This document shows, piece after piece, positions 39,137 through 48,922 of a DNA stretch of 51,343 bases. The stretch comes from an uncultured virus (IMG/VR IMGVR_UViG_3300011912_000001) (Duplodnaviria > Heunggongvirae > Uroviricota > Caudoviricetes). The position numbers and the translations under genes are program-made. Under the pieces are notes generated by a model, which saw nothing but the letters and a program-made list of their open reading frames with translations, had not been told where the DNA came from and did no database searches. The stretch's first letter is position 1; every line of letters begins with the position of its first letter. The stretch lies in the IMG/VR virus record IMGVR_UViG_3300011912_000001; one strand, 5' to 3'.

Positions 39137-39565
39137 TTATAAGGTTGTAGGTCGAATAAAAACAGCAGGTTCAAAGCTTGTAGTCTCATAGATACGAGAG
39201 CTAGGACAATCAGGTTTTTCAGAGATAGGAGCAAAAAACAATTTCTTTAAAGCAAAAGAATAAAATTGAGTTTCTTTGTCGAGAAAGACAAAAAACTCAT
39301 CCCGAATAGAGGGAATGCTTAAACTTTGGTTAAGTCTTTCTTTTATATCTAAGGTAGGGAGACGTTGAGGATTATAACTATAATGGCGTAAGACCTCTTG
39401 AATGTACTGATGGGTCTTTTCATTGCCTTGGAAAAAATAATACTCTCTACCTTCTAGAACGTCTTTCCCCAAGAAAGGAATGTGATAATGAAAACAATAG
39501 TCTGGTGAAGGTTTAGCTCTTTGAAGATAAGCCATTTGACGTTTTTGAGTCATAGAAAGATACAT
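39137..39565 (-). CDS. Orphan protein, tag variant FEPAVFIRPTTL
   Basis: AAGGAGG RBS. Confidence 0.7.
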   Translation of the reverse strand: MYLSMTQKRQMAYLQRAKPSPDYCFHYHIPFLGKDVLEGREYYFFQGNEKTHQYIQEVLRHYSYNPQRLPTLDIKERLNQSLSIPSIRDEFFVFLDKETQFYSFALKKLFFAPISEKPDCPSSRIYETTSFEPAVFIRPTTL

Positions 39566-39577
39566 AAGAAAACCTCC

Positions 39578-40150
39578 TTAGTAAAATCGAGCTTGTCCGC
39601 TTTGACGTTCTGCATACAAGATAGCAGAAACTTCTTTGATACGTTCAATGACCATTTCTTCAGGAATCGGTTGACCGAATGGGAGTCCCCAGTCTTGGTC
39701 GACGCCGACATTGATTTGGTTGCGCAACCGACTAGGAAGGGAATGGATGTGTCCATGGATGTTAAACAGGTTCCAACGCTCACCTAGGTCTACGGGATAA
39801 TGACTGACGAGGACACTGACGCCGTGGGTACGGAACTTCGTCATCAACGGCATGATTTCAACGCCAATGGCTTTAAGTTTTTTCAAGAACTTTGTATGGT
39901 CATGGTTACCGGGCCACAACTGGATGTGTCCGTTCAAGCGTTTAATGACGGCGATGATTTCGGCTTCATTGCCGATACCAAAGTCACCAACCATGCGTAC
40001 GGTATCATTCGGTCCGACAGCATTGTTCCAGTTGAAAATGATAGTCTCGTTCATGCCCCGGATATCGTCCTTGAAGATGATACGCCCGGGTTCGAACAAG
40101 GGAATGTTTTGGTGATTGATATGCGGGTCTGCAATATAGAAAACAGCCAT
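39578..40150 (-). CDS. Calcineurin-like metallophosphoesterase
   Basis: ADPHINH, VGDF, GNHD, SHYP, HGHIH. Confidence 0.9.
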   Translation of the reverse strand: MAVFYIADPHINHQNIPLFEPGRIIFKDDIRGMNETIIFNWNNAVGPNDTVRMVGDFGIGNEAEIIAVIKRLNGHIQLWPGNHDHTKFLKKLKAIGVEIMPLMTKFRTHGVSVLVSHYPVDLGERWNLFNIHGHIHSLPSRLRNQINVGVDQDWGLPFGQPIPEEMVIERIKEVSAILYAERQSGQARFY

Positions 40151-40213
40151 AAGTAAAACCTCCTTGAGAATAATCAAAAAAGAGGGGCGTAGCCCCCCGC
40201 TCTTTATTTTTTA

Positions 40214-40552
40214 TTAGACACGAGAGTTCCACGAGATAACAATTTCATTATTTGCGGGATAAAGTTCTGCACTGTACCCGGAATCGTGAAGGAGTTGTTG
40301 TAACTCCATCCAGATAGAAAATTGGGTAAATAGTTCATCTAGTTTTGGCGGGTTAAAAACAAAACTATCCTTTCCTTGAACGGTCACGACAGCTATCTCT
40401 GCTTTAATAAGTTGAAGGCATTTTTCTAGATAAAGAAGGCGTGGGCGTTCCGTTTTCTTACGTTCTGCTAAAAGGTCTTCAAAGATTTTTGTTGTTTTGA
40501 GTGCTTCTTTTGCATGAGGTAAAATCGTTTTTAGTTCTTCCATGGATTTCAT
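40214..40552 (-). CDS. Hypothetical protein ('GY...ISW' family)
   Basis: Similar to 42090 and 50184 ORFs. Confidence 0.7.
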   Translation of the reverse strand: MKSMEELKTILPHAKEALKTTKIFEDLLAERKKTERPRLLYLEKCLQLIKAEIAVVTVQGKDSFVFNPPKLDELFTQFSIWMELQQLLHDSGYSAELYPANNEIVISWNSRV

Positions 40553-40563
40553 GAGAATCCTCC

Positions 40564-41205
40564 TTATCGTAAGACGATGGATGGGTAAAATTGACCGTTG
40601 AAAATGAACTCGCCTTTGGCATCAATGATGTCAGGACCGTTCTCTGGTTTTTGCTTTGTTGTCGTGTACGCATAGACTTTATGCTTAGTGCCGATATACT
40701 TAGCTTTCTTGACGTTCGTCATGTAGCTGTATTCCATGCCTACGACGTCATCTTTCTTTAGAAGGGTTTTGCCTTGCTTCAGTTTTTTCGTGTAGCCATC
40801 AGCCGAATATGTGGCACTGATGTCAAAGTCACGGGCGGCATCGAACTCTTCTTTGAACATCAAGTAACTATCGCCGGAAGTCCGTTTAATAGAAGTGTTG
40901 CGGACATACGGAGATTTCGTTGACCCTTGAATCAAAACAAGGACTTGGTCATTCGGGTCTTTACGGAAAGAAGCAATCGTTTTTAGGTCGACGACGGCGT
41001 TCCCGTACTTGTTCAGTTTGGCTTTCTTGAATGTGTAATGCCCGTCTTCAATCGTATATGTCTTGTTCTTATACGAACTTGGGAAGTTAATCGTGACTTT
41101 CGCATCGCTGACTTTGATGGAAGCGACAGGTTTTGCCGCCTCCGCCATCAAAGCAGGGGAAAGAAAAACAGTTCCAACAGTAGCAAGTGCAATCAATTTT
41201 TTCAT
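40564..41205 (-). CDS. Secreted basic protein
   Basis: Signal peptide MKKLIALATVGTVFLSPALMAEA. Confidence 0.8.
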   Translation of the reverse strand: MKKLIALATVGTVFLSPALMAEAAKPVASIKVSDAKVTINFPSSYKNKTYTIEDGHYTFKKAKLNKYGNAVVDLKTIASFRKDPNDQVLVLIQGSTKSPYVRNTSIKRTSGDSYLMFKEEFDAARDFDISATYSADGYTKKLKQGKTLLKKDDVVGMEYSYMTNVKKAKYIGTKHKVYAYTTTKQKPENGPDIIDAKGEFIFNGQFYPSIVLR

Positions 41206-41225
41206 CTAAGGTTCCTCCTAAGGAA

Positions 41226-41687
41226 TTAAAGGGATGTGGGAATAGTAATCGTTTGAAAACGTGAGGCTTTTGTGAGAATGGCAAAATTGAAAGAAACATA
41301 ACCATGTACCGGACTATGCGTCATGCTTTTTGTCAATTCAGGATGACGGTGCGAAAATCCTAACATCTCATGTTGATGCGCTACATCTTCCATGACAACA
41401 GAAACACGAGTATGGGGCACCATGTTAAAGAGAATAGCACCTTGTAGGGGAGAGACGACAAAGGTTCCATTATGGTATTTTGCCCAAAAGCCTTCAGAAA
41501 AGGAGTGTTTCTCTGCTACAAAGACTCGCATGATTTCTGGAGTGAATTTAACATGAGAGCCAATAGCAAATTTATTTATCGTTAACAAGTTAAAGTCTGT
41601 ATCAAATGTAATGGATGGAATGGAGCGTTTGCTCATGTTTTTTTTTTGTTTAAGAAAAGCTTTCTGAAAACGAACAGATTCAACCAT
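41226..41687 (-). CDS. Orphan protein, tag variant FQTITIPTSL
   Basis: ATG 41687 after AAGGAGG. Confidence 0.7.
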   Translation of the reverse strand: MVESVRFQKAFLKQKKNMSKRSIPSITFDTDFNLLTINKFAIGSHVKFTPEIMRVFVAEKHSFSEGFWAKYHNGTFVVSPLQGAILFNMVPHTRVSVVMEDVAHQHEMLGFSHRHPELTKSMTHSPVHGYVSFNFAILTKASRFQTITIPTSL

Positions 41688-42084
41688 GGTTAGGTTCCTC
41701 CTTTGAAACATAAGTCAAAATGACAAAGGGTAGACCATTGGCTTTCGCTTCCTTGAACACATCCGGGTAGTCACTAAAGAAGAAGACATTCTTTGAAGTC
41801 ATGTTCCGAAGCCGCTTGCCATTCTCTTCATTGTATTTGCGTTTCAAATGCCCGATGAATCGAGCAGAGTCCGTGAGTGTATACCGGGTGATATCTCCGC
41901 TATCACTGATTTCTGCCATGTACAAAGAATGATGGAAGAAGACAGTGTCATCTTTTTGTTGCATATCTAGCATTTTGACTAAATGTTCGTGTTCAAATCC
42001 TAGATGGGCATAGACAGCAGGACTATCTAGCTCCATCTTTTCTTTAATACGTTCGGTAAAGTTTTTTAATTGGTCGTCTTTCAT
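41680..42084 (-). CDS. Hypothetical protein
   Basis: ATG 42084 after AAGGAG. Confidence 0.7.
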   Translation of the reverse strand: MKDDQLKNFTERIKEKMELDSPAVYAHLGFEHEHLVKMLDMQQKDDTVFFHHSLYMAEISDSGDITRYTLTDSARFIGHLKRKYNEENGKRLRNMTSKNVFFFSDYPDVFKEAKANGLPFVILTYVSKEEPNHG

Positions 42085-42089
42085 CGGAA

Positions 42090-42482
42090 TCACTCCTTGT
42101 TTTTCATATCCCAAGAAACAGTAAATACCGTCACATAATGAGGATTAGGATTGTCGGCTTTGACAACATATCCGGCTTTGCGAAAACGAGCAAAAACAAC
42201 ATCGAGAACAGCACGTTGAATAGAGTAAATCAATTTCGGACGGAAAAGAGTATCAATAGAAATTTCAGAAATGAACCCTCCTTTTTCACTTACCCAGCGA
42301 ATATCTTCAGAAATTTCAGCAGTACATCTTTCAACTTGTTCGTCAATCATTTGCTGGTTTTGTTTAAGCCGTTGCTCTTCTTTTTGTTTTTTCTTGAGCT
42401 CTAAAAGTTCAAAAGCTTCTTTTGCTTGTTTATACATAAAATCGGGAGAAGGAATCAGTTTTTCATTGTTCATCGTCTTCAT
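42090..42482 (-). CDS. Hypothetical protein ('GY...VSW' family)
   Basis: FRKAGYVV...FTVSW. Confidence 0.7.
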   Translation of the reverse strand: MKTMNNEKLIPSPDFMYKQAKEAFELLELKKKQKEEQRLKQNQQMIDEQVERCTAEISEDIRWVSEKGGFISEISIDTLFRPKLIYSIQRAVLDVVFARFRKAGYVVKADNPNPHYVTVFTVSWDMKNKE

Positions 42483-42718
42483 TCTCCTTTCGAATCGACA
42501 ATTTTAAATTCTGAAAAGAACAAGTATACGGGCAGATGGGTTGCCGGGTTCGGGCCCCAGACATCAGCGGCAGAAGGAGATTGGTAGTAGAACACAATCT
42601 CTTCTTTCTTTGCATCGTAAATCATCGTATAGTCTTCGACCACGGCTTTCGCATCAGGATGGTCTTGCAGATACTGGACAGCTTCTTCCATCGGTAACAA
42701 TAAGTTTTTCATAATCAT
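42479..42718 (-). CDS. Small hypothetical protein
   Basis: RBS AAAGGAG, overlaps next gene start. Confidence 0.65.
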   Translation of the reverse strand: MIMKNLLLPMEEAVQYLQDHPDAKAVVEDYTMIYDAKKEEIVFYYQSPSAADVWGPNPATHLPVYLFFSEFKIVDSKGE

Positions 42719-42735
42719 TCACTCCTTTGATGGGT

Positions 42736-43399
42736 TTAAAAACGGGGAAACTCTTCGACTTTTTCACCAATGCGTACAGGGGGAATGCCTTGAAGAGAAG
42801 GTAAGGTCGGCAGGGCGGCGATTTCACGGGCCGCAAGCTCCAAGGCTTCAATCGATTGGCGGGACCGGTCATCATTGCGGTCATCATGGGATTGAATCAA
42901 TTTCATGTGTGCCGTGTAACAAATGGATTGAATCCGTTGATGGTAGACAGGGTCAGGGTGTTTTAGGTCATACGTCTGAACGAGTTCAGGGACAAAGACA
43001 CTGAAAAAGCGACGCTCATGGTCTGCTAGATAATGTTGTCCTTCTTCCCATGTATCTTCAGGAAAAATGAGGTTCAGCTTGACCGTCGATGTCAAAAAAT
43101 CATTCCATAGCTGAATGGCTTCGACATGTTCTGGGTGTTGTTTTAACCATTTATACAGGACCATGTTCTNNNNNNNNNNAGGTGTTGGCAATCGCTAAAT
43201 ACTTGCGCATCACATGATACGGCAAGGGAAAAGAAGGAGGTGGCGGAGGAAGCTCTTGTCTGCTACGTTCAAGTTGTCGTTCCAAAAGAATATCATGAAC
43301 TTCTTTTCCTTCAGGTAGATTCTTAAACTTGGTATAAATAAAAGGGACGCTGACGACTCCTCCTGTGAGCAATGCCGCCGCCATGATTTCAAATAACAT
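42736..43399 (-). CDS. Membrane-anchored hypothetical protein, probably one gene across the N gap
   Basis: Hydrophobic N-terminus at 43399; ORFs on both sides meet at the gap 43170-43179. Confidence 0.55.
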
Positions 43400-43648
43400 G
43401 AGAAAGCTCCTTTCTTATTTTTTGTCAGCAGTCGCTAACCAAAGAAACACGACAATCACAATCAAAGGGACGATTCCAAACATGGTCAAGAACTCCTTTC
43501 TTCTAGTAGGGAACGAGACGACCGGACTTTGTCATTTTCTTTTAAACGATAAGCATAGGAATAGAGGCGCCAGAAGCGTTCTCCTTCTGTTTCCGGTTTC
43601 TTTAATAATTGTCGCACACGTTGGACAATACGCATATACATCTTCCTT

Positions 43649-44140
43649 TCAGAGGGGAGTAGGAACAGTGGTAGTAGGTTGGAAACGGGCTGTTAGGGGT
43701 TGAAGTAGAAGTTTAGGGACGTGAAAACCAGCGCCGCTATTCATACCACAATTCGGAAAAGCAAGTTCGCCGGCAATAAAGCCATATAGCATCTGGTCCG
43801 TATGAAAATTGCCAGTGGTAATGGTTAACGTCGGAAGTTCATAATCTTTGCGAAGAAAATAAACATCTCGTTGAAACGGAATCAAACGAAGACGATTTGA
43901 TTGAATGAAATCGGCATGCTGTTCGACTTGGTCGGTTTTTTCCAAATACATGTGAATATGACGAAAGATATCAGGAATAAATGAGAACTCGTCTCCCATT
44001 TGATGCCCATGAATAGTGAGAAGTGAAAAGTATTCTTCTCCTTTTGCATCTGTATGGAGTGGAATAAAAGTAGCAAATTCTTGGGAGCGGGTCGTGCGTT
44101 TTTTAGTGTAGGCAAAAGGGACATTCCTAGAAATACTCAC
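43649..44140 (-). CDS. Orphan protein, tag variant FQPTTTVPTPL
   Basis: GTG 44140 after AAAGGAG. Confidence 0.7.
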   Translation of the reverse strand: MSISRNVPFAYTKKRTTRSQEFATFIPLHTDAKGEEYFSLLTIHGHQMGDEFSFIPDIFRHIHMYLEKTDQVEQHADFIQSNRLRLIPFQRDVYFLRKDYELPTLTITTGNFHTDQMLYGFIAGELAFPNCGMNSGAGFHVPKLLLQPLTARFQPTTTVPTPL

Positions 44141-44153
44141 AAAGACACTCCTT

Positions 44154-44504
44154 TCAAAGGGTACGGAATGATTTGAACCAACGTGGTGTCTGGGCATCTA
44201 AAAACGGGAAAATAGCGACACCGGTTAAAGAACGCGGTGCCACTTCGGTTTTTCCACTATCGTAGACGGCATAATGCGCAATTCTTTCTTGTTTGAGGCG
44301 GTCGATGGTATCCAGCAGTTCTTGTTGGTTCATGCCACACACAATCTTGCGTTGTCCATGGAACAAGAACCAATCTTCAATTTGACTGGCATCAGCTTTT
44401 CTTTTCGTCATGAGAATTAAACCGGAGGTGGCATGGGCGACTTGCGCCGCCACTTTCCCCGGTGACATGTTTAAATCGGTGTTGACAAGAATATATTGGC
44501 GCAT
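44154..44504 (-). CDS. Peptidyl-tRNA hydrolase, PTH2 family
   Basis: VNTDLNMSPGKVAAQVAHA, GQRKIV, DSGKTEVAP. Confidence 0.9.
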   Translation of the reverse strand: MRQYILVNTDLNMSPGKVAAQVAHATSGLILMTKRKADASQIEDWFLFHGQRKIVCGMNQQELLDTIDRLKQERIAHYAVYDSGKTEVAPRSLTGVAIFPFLDAQTPRWFKSFRTL

Positions 44505-44515
44505 AAAAACTCTCC

Positions 44516-44896
44516 TTAAATAAAAAAATGTAAAGCGTAAGCAATCCCTAACATGAAAGCAATTTGGAACATACGACGTTGTTGATGGTTTTGGTTGAGT
44601 GCGACTTTCAAATGATTCGGTATCTGTTGTTTGAAACGTTCTTCATTATATTCATGATGATAACTACGAGAGACGGGACGTAAGACGTTTAAGACCATCA
44701 GTCCGACAAAGAACGGAATGAACCCTAGGCGCGGGGCCCCGAACAATTCTGGTAGATACCAATTGTAAATAAGCATCAACGAGAACGGATAATAGACAAG
44801 ATAAAGTAACGCATTCAGTAGTAAGCCCGCATACGTGAGATTGTTCGAAATCGATTCTTTCAATTGTTCCTTAGATTGTTCTGTTGATTTTTTCAT
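44516..44896 (-). CDS. Integral membrane protein
   Basis: Three hydrophobic segments. Confidence 0.75.
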   Translation of the reverse strand: MKKSTEQSKEQLKESISNNLTYAGLLLNALLYLVYYPFSLMLIYNWYLPELFGAPRLGFIPFFVGLMVLNVLRPVSRSYHHEYNEERFKQQIPNHLKVALNQNHQQRRMFQIAFMLGIAYALHFFI

Positions 44897-44947
44897 AATT
44901 AAAGCCTCCTTTTAATAAAAGAAAAGCCCCCAAGAAGGGGGCAATGC

Positions 44948-45787
44948 TTATTTGTTCTTTTTGTCGACGATGATGTTGTCAGCGCCTGTAACTTCCACGT
45001 ACGAGCCATTCCATTTCTCTGTCTTCTTGTACTCAACGAGTTCAGAAGTAATCGACTTCGAAATTTCTTTGTTGGCTTCCGCTTCCGCTTTCGCTTTTGC
45101 TAGGATAGCTTTTGCTTCCCCTTCAGCGATGACGAGTTTCTTCTCTGCTTCAATCTTTTCATTTTGAAGTTCGAGTTTCTTTTTCTCGTTCTCTTGCGAT
45201 GCTTGGATGCGCGCATCAATTGATTTTTGTGTGTTCTTGTCAGGCTTTGGTGCGCCTAACGTGACTTCTTGGACAAGGAAGCCAAGCTCCTTGACTTTGT
45301 CTTCGTAAATCTTAGCGATTTCTGATTGGGCTTTCGATGAATCTTCACCATAAACTTCTAAGAGATTATATTTGCTGACAGTCTGGCGTGTAGCATCGAG
45401 TAGACGACGTTGCATGTAACCGGCTTCGATGTCTTCAACAGGGACACTGCCAAACTCTTTGTAGATACTGACGACTTTTGTTGCATCCACTTTATACGTA
45501 TACGATAAATCAAGGGTGATGTTCTTACCATCTTTTGTTGAAACAATCATATCTTTTGCATCGACCGTGCGAAGTTTTGTTGGATACTGAACGACGTTAT
45601 CGATAGGTGAAATCACGTGCCAGCCTTGTGAGAGAACATCGTCTTGGACACCGCCGTTCGCACTATAAACGATACCGACGTGACCATTATCTACTTTTTC
45701 TGTGAAAACGAAAAATCCGACAACTGCTAAAACTAAAACGGCGAAGGAAACGATTCCTCCGATGATACCTTTGGGTGTGAAATTCAT
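44948..45787 (-). CDS. SPFH/band 7 (prohibitin-like) membrane protein
   Basis: TM helix, GHVGIVY...GWH, STKDGKNI, AEGEAKA...AEAEAN, EKWNG. Confidence 0.9.
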   Translation of the reverse strand: MNFTPKGIIGGIVSFAVLVLAVVGFFVFTEKVDNGHVGIVYSANGGVQDDVLSQGWHVISPIDNVVQYPTKLRTVDAKDMIVSTKDGKNITLDLSYTYKVDATKVVSIYKEFGSVPVEDIEAGYMQRRLLDATRQTVSKYNLLEVYGEDSSKAQSEIAKIYEDKVKELGFLVQEVTLGAPKPDKNTQKSIDARIQASQENEKKKLELQNEKIEAEKKLVIAEGEAKAILAKAKAEAEANKEISKSITSELVEYKKTEKWNGSYVEVTGADNIIVDKKNK

Positions 45788-45849
45788 GAGTGTGTAACCA
45801 TCCTATTCTTTAAGAAATTTGGGTAGAACCTTTATATGGTGAAACTGTA

Positions 45850-46449
45850 TTACCAAGAACTTGAATCTGATGAACCTGAATCATAAGAAGAACTAGAGCC
45901 ACTGTCATAACTAGATGAATCACTGGAACTAGAATCATAGGAAGAACCAGAGTCATGATGACTGCTATGAGAATGGTGGCGAGAAGAATCATCGTCGGAG
46001 ACATACGCGCCCCATGTTGGATTGCCAACGTACGGATAACCATTCGTCATGTTTTGACGGTCTCTTTCTTCTCGTTGACGACGTTTACGGGCTTCTTCCA
46101 AACGTTGCTTTTCTAAACGTTCTTTGGCTTGTTCCGCCCATTCACGTGTTAAGCGTGCATGACGCTCTTCACGAGCTTTGCGTTCGATTTCTTCTTGTTG
46201 AGCTGTTGTTCGAGTAGAAGACGTAAAAGAATGTTGAGAACGAGTATGTGGCGCAATCGCACGTTCACTGCTCGCATACTTATCATGCTCGTCTTCGATA
46301 TCATCGTCGTCGTCATCGGATAAGTTTTCCTTTAAGTCCTCGTGCACATCCTTGACGGCACCTCCGATTTTCTTGAACCAAGGGGAAATCATAAACCAAG
46401 CAAACACGATGAACGCAAAAATAATGATAAGTGTGAATATCATACGCAT
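45850..46449 (-). CDS. Membrane-anchored protein with coiled coil and Ser/Asp-rich tail
   Basis: N-terminal TM; SSSYDSG repeats; extended -10 TGGTATAGT upstream. Confidence 0.75.
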   Translation of the reverse strand: MRMIFTLIIIFAFIVFAWFMISPWFKKIGGAVKDVHEDLKENLSDDDDDDIEDEHDKYASSERAIAPHTRSQHSFTSSTRTTAQQEEIERKAREERHARLTREWAEQAKERLEKQRLEEARKRRQREERDRQNMTNGYPYVGNPTWGAYVSDDDSSRHHSHSSHHDSGSSYDSSSSDSSSYDSGSSSSYDSGSSDSSSW

Positions 46450-46537
46450 ATTGCTATCTCCTTTCCTTATCTACTATACCATTTTTAGAAGTAAATGGTT
46501 TCATTTTTGACAAATATTTTTACGTTCAGATGAACTT

Positions 46538-47122
46538 TTAAAGACTAGACATGGGTCTGATTATATTTTCGAAAGAAGCAACCCGGTAATCGTTTATAAC
46601 TTTTTGATAGGGTGTAAAGTCTTGAAAGAACTCCTGAAAGAACTGAAAATGCTGTGGTTGAAGACGAAACACACAAGCTGTATTGAAAGCGAAAGGTGGA
46701 GTATCTCTTAGGTGATAGCGTTTTTGGGCAAAACGATTCATAAAGGAATCGTATTCATCGAATCCGTCCCTAGCATAAATCGACATCTGATAACGCTTGC
46801 GCGAAGACCCATTTTGAAACGCTAAAAATTTGGTCAGATACTGTTCGAGATAAGCGGAAGGAGTTCCGAAAGCGGTATTAACTTTTTTCGTTTCTACCAT
46901 GACGATATGAGTCACAAGATAATTTTCTTCTTCTTCTCCCGGCAAAATAGGATGCTGTGGAAGAAAAATGAGGAAAAAAGGTTCTAAAGAAAAGATGTTC
47001 GGATTATAGGCGGGGTCGTTCCTATGGTCGAAATAATGCTGGGCATATTGACGATAAAATTCCTGAAACTTTTCCATGAAAGCGGGATTGAACACTTGAA
47101 TGGGAAAACGTCCATAAGACAT
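46538..47122 (-). CDS. Orphan family D protein, tag FENIIRPMSSL
   Basis: FN...VFRLQPQHFQFFQEFF shared with 47141 and 48300. Confidence 0.8.
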   Translation of the reverse strand: MSYGRFPIQVFNPAFMEKFQEFYRQYAQHYFDHRNDPAYNPNIFSLEPFFLIFLPQHPILPGEEEENYLVTHIVMVETKKVNTAFGTPSAYLEQYLTKFLAFQNGSSRKRYQMSIYARDGFDEYDSFMNRFAQKRYHLRDTPPFAFNTACVFRLQPQHFQFFQEFFQDFTPYQKVINDYRVASFENIIRPMSSL

Positions 47123-47140
47123 TAGAAGCTACACATCCTT

Positions 47141-47710
47141 TTAGAGAAAATGAGTGGGAGGAGAAGTCGAAGTAAAAGGTTTAAAGTGTTGCTGAAATTG
47201 TGGGAAATCTATGAAAAAGTCTTTGAAGTAATGATAATCTTCCGGTTGCAACCGAAATACCACGTGTGGATTAAAAAGTCCGTCCCCTAAGTTATATGTT
47301 TTGATTTCTCCATAGTCTTTCACAGAGTCAGCAAAACTTCTTAAAGGCAAAGGTCTTTCTGTATAATCAGGGATAGGGCGTCGAAGAAAAAAGCCTTCGA
47401 ATTGATGATGACGGGCGACAATAAATCCTTGACTGTCCGTATACAGATATTGAACGAAAACAATTGCAAAAGCAGAATCTCCCCGTAAATCGATGGTATT
47501 GCCTAGCTGAGGAGGAATATGGATAAGAAAGAAAGATTCTTTTTCTTTAAATGAAGGGTGGAATTTTTCTATATCACGAGAAGCGTTCAAAAAATAGAAC
47601 TCTTGACGTTCCTCATGAAATTTTTTGTAAGCTTTAAAGAAATCAGGATTTCCAATTTGATAGGGAAAAGAAGCCTTATCTTCTAATCCCTGTAATGGGT
47701 TCGTATACAT
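47141..47710 (-). CDS. Orphan family D protein, tag FTSTSPPTHFL
   Basis: FNPHVVFRLQPEDYHYFKDFF. Confidence 0.8.
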   Translation of the reverse strand: MYTNPLQGLEDKASFPYQIGNPDFFKAYKKFHEERQEFYFLNASRDIEKFHPSFKEKESFFLIHIPPQLGNTIDLRGDSAFAIVFVQYLYTDSQGFIVARHHQFEGFFLRRPIPDYTERPLPLRSFADSVKDYGEIKTYNLGDGLFNPHVVFRLQPEDYHYFKDFFIDFPQFQQHFKPFTSTSPPTHFL

Positions 47711-47722
47711 GGGAACCTCCTA

Positions 47723-48286
47723 TTATTCAGATGTTTGTTGAAAGTGTTCACGAAGTGTTGTCAGAATAAAGCCTAAGCGGTTCTTACCACGCCATTGTTC
47801 AGGATGGTTTGCTTGTCGGTCGCTTTTCTTATGCCCGATGCCCCAAATTGTATCATAAGGAGACGCTTCGACGAAGACCAATCGTTTCGTTGATGGTTGC
47901 ATCAACTGTTGTTTCATGTCAGCATTTTGAGAAAACTTATGGAAGTTCCCTCTCCAGACGACATTGATGGATTCCTTATCCCACTGGTCTTTATCAAACG
48001 GAGAGACCGCGCGTCCTAAGGATTTGTATTGTTTCGGGATTTCTCGTTCGCCACCGACCGGATACGGAATCGCTAGAATCTTTTGAGCAGTGTCGGTATC
48101 ACCAAAAAACATGGCTTTCGAGTACATCATGTATTGTTCCATGCATGTGAATTCAATGCCATCGACAGTGAATAAAGAACGATGGAACTGAGAGAACAGC
48201 GAGACCGTCGTCCAAAAATAATGGAACTCCATGTCTTGTTGCTTTTCAATGACTTCTTGTTTCGTGAGTAAAGATACAGGGTTCAT
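47723..48286 (-). CDS. NADAR (YbiA) family N-glycosidase
   Basis: FSQFH, EQYMMYSKA, KSLGR, HKFSQN, EASPYDTIWGIG, GKNRLG. Confidence 0.92.
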   Translation of the reverse strand: MNPVSLLTKQEVIEKQQDMEFHYFWTTVSLFSQFHRSLFTVDGIEFTCMEQYMMYSKAMFFGDTDTAQKILAIPYPVGGEREIPKQYKSLGRAVSPFDKDQWDKESINVVWRGNFHKFSQNADMKQQLMQPSTKRLVFVEASPYDTIWGIGHKKSDRQANHPEQWRGKNRLGFILTTLREHFQQTSE

Positions 48287-48299
48287 AATAAACATCTCC

Positions 48300-48905
48300 T
48301 TATAAAGTGTTTTTAGGTGGAGCCGCATTCAAAAACATGTGATGCGGATGCTGTTTCATTTTATCTTGAAACGGTTTGAAATGAGCAAAGAATGGAGCAA
48401 AATAATGAAAATGTTCGGGTTGAAGCTGGAAGACAACTTCACTATTGAAACAGTTGAAGTGCTCAGCCGTTCTTAGCGTTCTCTTATCTCCAATATGCGC
48501 TATCATGTCCTCATAGGGAACAAAAGGTTCATCATCAGAAAAATCTTTCCATTCTGCTAACTTCTTTCCATGAACATAAGGAGAAAGTTCAAAACGAGAA
48601 AACCGATAAGAGTTTTGTGTCACATCAATACCGACAAGCTTGTCATAAGACTCGACGTAAACGATGGGAGTTATGAAGGTGACGGCATCTTGAGAAGAAG
48701 CATCAGAAGGAAGATAAATCAAAAAGACATCTTCTGGCTTTTCAACACGGCATGTATACGAATTATAAGAAGAGGGGCTTAGTATTTTTTGAACATATTC
48801 TGCTTGATATTGTTCGCGGAAAGCCCGATAAATGTCTTGATATTCGGGGATACTTTTGAAGTTAGGGAACAGTCTTCGTTCGGGCGGTGTATCATTCTTT
48901 TTCAT
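48300..48905 (-). CDS. Orphan family D protein, tag FLNAAPPKNTL
   Basis: ATG 48905 after AAAGGAG; FNSEVVFQLQPEHFHYFAPFF. Confidence 0.8.
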   Translation of the reverse strand: MKKNDTPPERRLFPNFKSIPEYQDIYRAFREQYQAEYVQKILSPSSYNSYTCRVEKPEDVFLIYLPSDASSQDAVTFITPIVYVESYDKLVGIDVTQNSYRFSRFELSPYVHGKKLAEWKDFSDDEPFVPYEDMIAHIGDKRTLRTAEHFNCFNSEVVFQLQPEHFHYFAPFFAHFKPFQDKMKQHPHHMFLNAAPPKNTL

Positions 48906-48922
48906 GCGTGTTCTCCTTTCAT

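Noticed and set aside
45860..45960. Short tandem DNA repeat
   Set aside because: Ser/Asp-rich low-complexity coding tail with varied codons, not a separate element.
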